A stretch of DNA of 64,000 bases, taken from IMG/VR virus record IMGVR_UViG_3300046167_000870; one strand, 5' to 3'. A model generated the notes under the pieces. It was given only the letters and a program-made list of their open reading frames with translations, had not been told where the DNA came from and did not search any database. Shown piece after piece: positions 51,853-61,300 of this stretch (positions are counted from its first letter, which is position 1; the number at the start of each line of letters is the position of its first letter). The position numbers were made by a program, and so were the translations under genes. The stretch comes from a virus.

Positions 51853-52627
51853 AAACCTTTTTAAATGTAACATCAATTTTAGAATAATCTACCATTAAAT
51901 ATCCATCAGAATGCATAATAGATGCTTGAGGTACTTCTTGTGCCATAACACCTTGAAATACTCCTTTACCATCTCTTTCTTGGTTTTTATAAGTCCAAGT
52001 ATAAATGTTTATTCCTGATAGTGATCTACCAACTAATCTAATATTTTCTTTTAGTCTTCTATCTGATTTAACAATTCCAAATGCAGCATGAAGTGTATCT
52101 ATATAAGCGAAGTTTTTACCACCGTAAGTACTATTATAATACCAATTTACTGCTGCCGTTGATGTTAAAACTGTTCCAAATGCGTTTTCTAATCTCCAAC
52201 CATTAAACTGATATCCATAACCTGCAACAGCATTTGTTCCAATATAATTTTGAGTATTACTCATTGATTGGTTTTTATATGCTGCAATACTAGTTCCCAT
52301 AGCTGCCTGAGCTGAAAAAGGGGAGGAGAAGGATATAACAGAAAGTGAAGAACCTCCACCTGACATTGCTAAATTAACATGAAACATTCTATCTTTATAC
52401 CTATATCCTGTGTTCATTGATATATTAGAAGTACCTGTTTGTGTTGTATTTAATTTGGGATCTGTATTTTGTTTCCAAGCTGAGTATAAACTATAGTTTC
52501 CATTAACCCCCCAGTTAGAACAAATGCCCCACATACCACTATAATACCCACAAGCTAATGTGGGATTTTGTATAGTTGAGGTATTAGATACCATGTGTAA
52601 TTGACTAGTGACTTGTCCGTAGTACAT
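51830..52627 (-). CDS. Fibre-tip-like protein with C-terminal peptidase S74 chaperone
   Basis: SDRRLKENI...GVMAQEV...VDYSKI. Confidence 0.75.
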   Translation of the reverse strand: MYYGQVTSQLHMVSNTSTIQNPTLACGYYSGMWGICSNWGVNGNYSLYSAWKQNTDPKLNTTQTGTSNISMNTGYRYKDRMFHVNLAMSGGGSSLSVISFSSPFSAQAAMGTSIAAYKNQSMSNTQNYIGTNAVAGYGYQFNGWRLENAFGTVLTSTAAVNWYYNSTYGGKNFAYIDTLHAAFGIVKSDRRLKENIRLVGRSLSGINIYTWTYKNQERDGKGVFQGVMAQEVPQASIMHSDGYLMVDYSKIDVTFKKVYGSIMGN

Positions 52628-52628
52628 A

Positions 52629-53171
52629 CTATATTAGGTCTTTTACATTACCTTCACCAAAAATATCCTTATAATGATTTTTAACTTTTTCATAAGTGTA
52701 CTCAAAAAGGCTACCAGTAATTATATTAATGTTTATTTTAGATTTAGTTACCATTTCACTTCCAGTAGTAATTGTTTCTATAGATTCTGTACGATAAGCT
52801 GATATTTCGTTACCATCATCATCAAAATCAATATATTCTACTGTTTGATCTTCCCATGAAGAAGAATATGTTACTTGTTCTACTTGTACACTTTCAGTAA
52901 GTGGAAATTCTAATGGATAAGAATTATTATGAATTTCATCATCAAATGTATAGTTAGGAGATAACATACCAGAAGCATCTAGTCCTATATAATCTTCTTT
53001 ATATACTGGGTGTCCTGATGAAGATTCTTTACTTACATAATGTTGTGTATTTGCAAGTATATCTCCTGTTGTTTTATGTAATACGTAATTTTCGATCCTA
53101 ACATAGAAGCTACTTACTTCTCTATTAGCTCCTCCGTTTTCCGTAATTGAACCTGTAACTATAAATCCCAT
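52629..53171 (-). CDS. Hypothetical fibre-associated protein
   Basis: 180-aa ORF translationally coupled to the collagen gene. Confidence 0.65.
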   Translation of the reverse strand: MGFIVTGSITENGGANREVSSFYVRIENYVLHKTTGDILANTQHYVSKESSSGHPVYKEDYIGLDASGMLSPNYTFDDEIHNNSYPLEFPLTESVQVEQVTYSSSWEDQTVEYIDFDDDGNEISAYRTESIETITTGSEMVTKSKININIITGSLFEYTYEKVKNHYKDIFGEGNVKDLI

Positions 53172-56100
53172 TATTTTTTATTTAATTTGTTTACTTTATC
53201 ATTTAATTCTTTAATAGCTTCTATTAATATTGCTACTAATTTTTCATATTGAACTGTGATATAATTTTCACCTGTTAAACTAGCTCCTTTATCTCCATCA
53301 GCATCAAATGGTGCTTGTCTAATTATTTCAGGGAAATGTTTTTTAACTTGTTGTGCTATTACCCCAATATGTCGATCTTTTTTATCATATCCAAATTGTT
53401 CTGCTAATTCATTAGATCTGTAATAAATACCATCTAATTCCATTACTTTATCTAAAGCACTTTCAATTCTACCTTCAATATCTTTTAATCTCTCATCTGA
53501 GTAATATGCAACAACATCACCTGTTGATCTTACTGTACCAAACTGAACTGTATCTGTAGTTCTAGTATATTGGTTCATCGCAGTAGCATAAGTATTTGAT
53601 GTACCTGATGCACCTTTTGCTCCAGTAGGTCCTGTTCCACCTGTTGCACCTTGAGATCCTGTTCCTCCAGTACCACCTGCTTGACCTTTTTGTCCTTTAG
53701 CACCACCACCACCAGTTGGTCCTGTTGCTCCTTTTTGTCCTTTTGGTCCTGTTGGTCCTGTTGAACCACCTGAACCTGAAGGACCTGTAGCACCTTGAGG
53801 TCCTGTGTTTCCAGTTCCACCTCCTTGACCTTTCTGTCCTTTAGCACCCGTAGAACCTTTAGCACCACCGCCACCAGTTGGTCCTGTTCCACCTGTTGCA
53901 CCTTGAGGTCCTGTTGAACCTGTTCCACCTGCTTGACCTTTTTGTCCTTTAGGTCCAGTTGGTCCTGTTCCTCCAGTTCCACCTGTAGCACCTGTAGTAC
54001 CTTGTGGTCCTGTTGGTCCTGTACCTCCAGTACCACCTGTTTGTCCTTTTTGTCCTTTTGGTCCTGTTGCACCACCACCACCTGTAGCACCTGTTGTACC
54101 TTGTGGTCCAGTTGATCCATTTGAACCTCCTTGACCTTTCTGTCCTTTAGCACCTGTTCCACCACCTGGTCCTGTTGCACCTGTAGTACCTTGAGGTCCT
54201 GTTGAACCATTAGATCCATTTGAACCTGCTTGTCCTTTTTGTCCTTTTGGTCCAGTTGGTCCTGTTCCACCACCTGCTCCTGTAGCTCCTTTTGCTCCAG
54301 TAGGTCCTGTTCCACCTGTTGCACCTGTTGTACCTTGAGAACCAGTTGAACCTGTATTACCATTTTGACCTTTTTGTCCTTTTGGTCCTGTTGCACCACC
54401 ACCACCTGTTGCACCTGTAGTACCTTGAGAACCACCTGGTCCTGTTGCACCTGTAGCACCTTTTTGTCCTGTTGTACCTTGAGATCCGGTTGAACCAGTA
54501 GCACCTTTAGCACCTGTTGGTCCTGTTCCTCCAGTTCCACCTGTAGGTCCTGTTGCACCTGTAGCACCCTGAGAACCTGTTGGTCCAGTATTACCTGTAG
54601 CTCCTTTTGCTCCAGTTGGTCCTGTATTACCTACTGTACCTTGAGGACCATTATTTCCTTGTTGTCCTTTTTGTCCTTTCGTACCAGTAGTACCTTGTGG
54701 TCCAGTTGCTCCAGTTGGTCCTGTTCCTCCTGTAGCACCTTTAGCACCAGTTTCACCTGTTTGGCCTATAGCACCTTGTGAACCAGTAACACCTATTGAA
54801 CCTTTTTGTCCTTTAGGTCCTGTTGGTCCTGTATTTCCTGTAGTACCTTGTGGTCCTGTTGGTCCATTAGCACCTTTTTGTCCTTTTGCTCCAGTATCTC
54901 CTTTATCACCTGTTGATACAAATGAAATTAAAACATCTTCATTATTTGTAAATGGAGCAACTGCTGATCCTGCTTCATTTGTGATTGCTAATTCCCAATA
55001 ACTTCCATCATCAGTTAAATCTGAAATAGCAAATGTTAAGAATTGTGTTGCATCCGTTCTATTAGAAATCCTAATATGTCCTTTAACAGCTGAAGTAACA
55101 CTATCTATAGTTGAAAGTGTACTTTCTATATTATTACCATCATCATCTGTAACATTAACATATGCTTTTGATGCTATATTTTGTGTTGTACTATTTAATC
55201 TTATTCTACCTGTGCCTGGATTTGAATCCCCTGTTGCACTATCAAATGTATAATCAAACGAGTTACCACCAAAGTTACCATCTGTACCTTGTGTACCTGT
55301 AGCACCTTGTGATCCTGTTTGACCTAATTGTCCTTTTTGTCCTTTTGCACCTGTAGTACCTTGTGATCCTACTTCACCTTTCTGTCCTTTTGTACCTGTA
55401 GTACCTTGAGCACCAGTTGGACCAGTTGGTCCTGTTGCTCCTTTTTGACCAGTTGTACCTTGAGATCCGGTAGCACCAGTAGCACCTTTGGCACCTGTAA
55501 CACCAACTTCACCTTTTTGTCCTTTAGTACCTATAGTACCCTGTGAACCAGTTGGTCCTGTTGGACCAGTTGCTCCTGTAGCACCTTTAGCACCTGTAGC
55601 ACCTTGTGGTCCTGTAGGTCCTGTTGGACCATCATCACCAACTGCACCTTGTGAACCAGTAGGTCCTGTATTACCATTTGCACCTTGAGGTCCAGTAACA
55701 CCTAATTGTCCTTTTTGTCCTTTTGTACCTATAGTACCTTGTGAACCTGTTGGTCCTGTTGGTCCAGTAGCACCTGTTGCACCTTTAGCACCAGTTGTTC
55801 CTTGTGAACCTGTTGGTCCAGTTGGACCATCATTTCCTACTGTACCTTGAGCACCAGTAGGTCCTGTTTGACCTGTAGCTCCTTTTGCTCCAGTAGGTCC
55901 TGTTTGACCTGTAGCACCTTGAGAACCAGTATTACCTGTAGCACCTTTTTGTCCATCTGTACCCTTGTGTACCTGTTGCTCCTGTAGCACCTTTAGCACC
56001 TGTAGGCCCTGTTGGTCCTGTAGCACCTTGAATACCTTGATCACCTTGATCTCCTTGAGCACCTTTTTGTCCTGTTGTTCCTTGTGAACCTGTTGGTCCA

Positions 56101-57068
56101 GTATTACCTGTAGCACCTTTTTGTCCATCTGTACCTTGAGCACCAGTTGGTCCTGTATTACCTACAGCACCTTGAGCACCTGTTGGACCAGTTGGTCCTG
56201 TAGCTCCTATAGCACCTTGAGCACCTGTAGTACCTACTGTACCTTGAGAACCTGTTGGCCCTGTTGGACCATCTGCACCTTGTGCACCAGTTGGTCCTGT
56301 TGGTCCTACTGCTCCTTTTTGTCCTTGGTTACCTACTGAACCTTGAGCACCATCTGCTCCTTGAGCTCCAGTTGGTCCTGTTGGACCTGTTGGTCCTACT
56401 ACACCTTTTTGACCAGTTGTACCTTGAGTACCTGTTGTTCCTTGTGGACCAGTAGGTCCTGTAGCACCTGTAGCTCCTTTTTGTCCATTTGTACCTTGAG
56501 CACCAACATCACCTTGATCTCCAGTAGCACCTTTAGCACCAGTTGAACCTGTTGGTCCTGTTGGTCCTGTTGCTCCTTTAGATCCTTGTGGTCCTGTAGC
56601 ACCTTGTGGTCCTACTACACCTTTAGCACCTGTAGAACCTTGTGTTCCGTCAGCACCTTGTGCACCTGTAGGTCCAGTTAAGGATAAATCTGTTCTATAT
56701 TTTATATCACCCGATGTATTTGAAACTAATATTCGAGTTTCTGATGTTCCATTTGATAAATTGTTTATATGTAAATTACTACCTGTAAGTGAAGTTGAAG
56801 CAACGATATTACTACCTGTAATAAACCCTGCAGAGGTAATATTTCCAATTACATTAAGGCCACCTGCTGGATACCAAAATAGTTTACTTTGTGAGTCTTT
56901 ATATAAAGTATCAAAATTATCTCCCGAAGATGTATCAAAAAATGGAATTTGATAAGCTTTAGAGGGTGATGATCCTGAACCTGTGGGACGTACGAAATAC
57001 TTCCCTGCTTTAATTTTGTTTAAATCTGCATCACTACCGGATACAACTACTTTTTTCCAATTTGGCAT
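53171..57068 (-). CDS. Collagen-like fibre protein 2 (~1,298 aa; one +1 indel at 55962-55964) with S74 chaperone
   Basis: Long G-X-Y tracts (GPT, GAT, GSQ, KGQKG), one internal globular domain, SDERLKD...GVIAQQV...[17 protein letters not shown]; span 3898 = 3n+1. Confidence 0.88.
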
Positions 57069-57080
57069 GTCAATCTTTTT

Positions 57081-57127
57081 ATTATGGTTGGTTACTCATT
57101 GAGCCCACTTCCGTTATGGCCTATAAT
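57081..57127 (-). ncRNA. Candidate structured cis-regulatory RNA in 5' leader of collagen gene 2
   Basis: AUUAUAGG-CCAUAACGG-AAG-UGGGCUCAAUGAGUAACCA-A-CCAUAAU folds by hand into a 3-way junction. Confidence 0.45.
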
Positions 57128-57131
57128 ATAG

Positions 57132-57175
57132 TCATACATATGAATAATATACGGAAAAACAAATAAAAACTCAAA
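57132..57175 (-). promoter_or_regulatory. Tandem host-type promoter and late-motif variant
   Basis: TTTGAG-N15-CCGTATATTA (57145-57175), then ATATGTATGA (57132-57141). Confidence 0.5.
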
Positions 57176-57180
57176 TAATT

Positions 57181-58363
57181 TTATAATTGGAACCAGCCTG
57201 TTGGTTTAACATAAGGCGACATACATGATCCAGTTCTTTCTACATTATGATTAATATTATTAGGGTCAATTGGGGAGAGAGAACGAGATACCATTAATTG
57301 AGTATACTGGTAAGTACTATTATCTTGATAAGTAAATGGTGATACATAATGTATTTCTCGTGGGAAATCTGATGGTGATAAGGTTACTACGCTTCCTTCA
57401 ATATTACCAGCTCTATTTACTATAAATGATCTAACATAGTCATTTGCAGAATTAACATAAAAGAAAGAACTTGAAGCCCATTGAAATGGATAACTATAAT
57501 TAGACTGAGATATATTTACAACTGTACAATTTACGAATGATTTATTTGCAAAAGGATAAGGGTCAATACCTAACTCTTCCTCTATACAAAAAGAAGAGGT
57601 TGATGTTGCTGATGCCAAATCATAGGGTCTAGATAAATGGAAAATAGTACAACAAGTCCACATAGGATCATTTTCTGCAGTAAAATCAACTTCTCTGTGG
57701 AATTGATATAAATGAGAACCAGTATAACCAAAAGATATTTGATCAACATTTTGAGTTAATGATTGGGTTACTGCTGCTATTCGTCTAACAGTTCCTAGTA
57801 CTGGTGTTTAAAGTGGTTATATCAAAATTTGAATTTAATTGATATTGTGTTATGTTTGATAATGCTGATCCTTGTCTAACCCCGAATTGTACCACAGAAC
57901 CAGTATCTGGTACTTGTATTGATTGTATAGCTCCAAATGCAGGTGATAATCCAGATCCTAATGTAGCTGCATTTAATGTTAACGATGCTGTATTATTAGT
58001 TGGACTTTGCCAAAGTTCAAAACTACCAAGATTTGGAGCTGTAGAATCTGAGGAAGAATACATATACTGATAAACTAATTGTTTATATGGAGCACCATCT
58101 GAAAAAGATGAGGTACCCCACCAACTAGTGTACATATAATGAACCAAACTAGCGTCACCACCATCATAACGTGAATTTATTGCTTGTTGTTGGTGATATA
58201 ATCCACTATAATTTTTAAAACTTTGATAATTTGGGAATTGTGCTGGGGTAGCAGTTGCAAAATCTCCTAATTCTAATTGACAAGTAAGTACAGGCCAATC
58301 AGCTTCTGATGTAACTTGCCAAGTTCCTCCTTGCATTACCCTAAAGAAATTTTGATTTGCCAT
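57181..58363 (-). CDS. Beta-rich hypothetical fibre-associated protein (~393 aa; one +1 indel near 57794)
   Basis: ORFs 57785..58363 and 57181..57663 join through ...TSTRTVRRIAAVTQSLTQNVDQISFG...; span 1183 = 3n+1. Confidence 0.65.
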
Positions 58364-61300
58364 TATTTACCTTTTAATTGATCTATTTGGATTTGTTGTT
58401 CCTTAATAGCTTCAATTAATAAGGCAACAATTTTTTCATACCTAACAGCTTTATATCCATTTTCTCTTGTAGTTACGATTTCAGGTAAAATTTCTTCTAT
58501 TTCTTGAGCTATTACTCCAATATCATGTCCTTCGTTACTGTGTAACCAAATCTTTTGTTCCTCAGTTAATGGTCTCCAATCAAACTCAACACCACTTACT
58601 TGTTTTATTTTTTCTAAAGCATTAGAAATAGGTATAATATTATCTTTAAATCTTTTATCTGATGATGCAAATGCTACAACGTCATTTGTAGCTGTAATTT
58701 TACCTACTGTTGCTGGGACTACTGCTGATCCAACATGAAGTCCACCAGCTGATACTGTTAAATGATCTCCATTGAATACTAAATTAGCTTCACCATTAAT
58801 ACCTGCTGCACCTGTTGCTGTTACAACTCTATCATTTGAACCATTTGTAAATGCTGTTACTGCACCACCTGGACCTGATGGTCCATCTGCACCTTGAGCT
58901 CCACCTGCTCCTTGAGGTCCTGCTGCTGTTGAATCTGCACCTGTAGCACCTTGAGCACCTTGTGTTGAATTATCTGCTCCATCTGCACCTTGTGGTCCAT
59001 CTGCTCCTTGAGTAGAGTTATCTGCTCCATCTGCACCTTGTGGTCCATCTGCACCTTGAGTTCCTGTACCATCTATACCTTGTTTACCTTGAGCACCCTG
59101 AGTAGAATTATCTGCACCTGGTTCTCCTTTTCCACCTGTTGCTCCTTGAGTTGAATTATCAGCTCCTGTTGCACCTTGTGGTCCTGCTCCTGTTGCACCT
59201 TGTGGTCCTGCTCCTGTTGCACCTTGTGGTCCTGCACCTGTTGCACCTTGTGGTCCTGCTCCTGTTGTACCTTGAGTACCATTTGTACCTTGAGTACCAT
59301 TTGTACCTTGAGTACCACTTGCACCTTGTGGTCCTGTTCCTCCTGGTGCACCTTTAGTACCTAAACTAGCTGTAGAACCAACTGTGTAGAAGAAATCTGT
59401 GCCATCACAATATATTCCAATTACAACTTGTGAACTTAAAGTAGTAGGCATTGTAAATGCACTACCATTTAAATATACATTACTACCCGCTGAAGGTGTA
59501 AATGTTACTGTTCTGGCTGTAGATGCACTTTGTTTTATTCTTATAACACCTGTATCACCAGCTTCCCAATGATTTGCTCTATCAAGTGTAATTGTTAAAT
59601 TACCTGTTAATGCTGCTACTGTTGCATTTGAACCATCTTTAGGATTAAATGCTACTGTACCTGTTGTTAATAATGCTTGTTGATCAATTGTTAACTTACC
59701 ATTTAAGTATGATGTAGATCCATCAAATGTAAAATTAGGTTCACCAACTAATCCTCCACTACCATCTGCTGTTACTAATCTATCACTTACATCACCTGAT
59801 AAATTAGCTACTCCTGTTGCACCTTTTTGTCCTTTAGCTCCATTATTAGTAAACTGTATTCTTACACTCTCACCATTAGAAAAAGTACCAGCAGCTTGTA
59901 CATCTGCAGCACTAACATCTAATAATGCTCTTGTTGCATTAATAGTATTAATACTATAATCAGCAACTGTAATAATATCACCTGAACTTTCACCAGTAAT
60001 TATTAATTGTGATTGTTTTGACCATAAATTATTGTGATTAACACCATCGGCATCTTCTAATGCTAATGAAATTTGAGTAGCTGATCCAATTGTAGTATTA
60101 TTAAACCTAATTGCACCCGCAGCACCAGCCATATTTGTACTGGTTTCATAATCATAATTTAATCCTGCATTATTTCCAGGAGCACCTTTTGTACCTGCGG
60201 GTCCTGTTCCTCCATCATCACCTACAACACTAAAAGATAAATATAATTTATCCCCATTAGAAAAAGGTGTTGTTGAAGAATAAGCTTCATCTGCTATAGT
60301 AAAAGTTTTTATATTAGTACCATCACTTATATTTGTTATTTTAAATAATATAAATTTACTAGAATCACCCTTTAATGAAACTTGCATATATGCTTTAGCA
60401 GTTGTATTACTTACAGCATCTATAGCATCATAAAAAGTAGCCCAATCATCTCCATTAACATCTGTATCTCTTACATAAGCGCTAGTAGCATTTGCTATAG
60501 TAGAATTACTAAATCTTATATTACCATTTCCTACTGAAGAGTCAGGAGTGGTAGTTTGATCGTAGGTATATGGAGCTGTTATTGCACCTGAACTACCAAT
60601 TGTTCCTTGAGTTCCAACTCCTGTTATACCTTGAGTACCTTGGGCTCCTTGAGTTGAATTATCTGGTCCAGTAGCACCTTGAGCACCTTGAGTTGAATTA
60701 TCAGCACCATCTGTTCCTTGGGCTCCTTGTGTAGAGTTATCTGGTCCTATAGTACCTTGTACACCTTGTGCTCCCTGAGTAGAATTATCTGCTCCGTCTG
60801 CACCTTGGGCTCCTTGTGTAGAGTTATCTGGTCCTGTTGTACCCTGAGCACCTTGAGTTGAATTGTCTGGTCCAGTAGCACCTTGAGCACCTTGTGTTGA
60901 ATTATCTGGTCCAGTAGCACCTTGTGCTCCTTGAGTTGAGTTATCTGGTCCAGTTAAACCTTGAGTACCTTGAGCTCCTTGAGTTGAGTTATCTGCACCA
61001 TCTGCTCCTTGTGCTCCTTGTGCTCCAGTATCACCTTTATCACCTGTTACTTGGAATGAAACAACTATATCATCTGTATTGGCAAATGGGCTAGTTGCTG
61101 ATGATGCTTCATTTGCTACTGTTAAAATATACCAAGCGTTTGTATCTTGACCTGCTACAGCACTTATTTGGAATAATAAGAAATCATTTGTATTAGACTT
61201 TTCTGATATTCTAACATGACCTTTTATTGTAGATGAAGCATTAGCAATTGTTGTCATAAATGAAACAATACTATTACTACTATCATCTGTAGCATCAATA

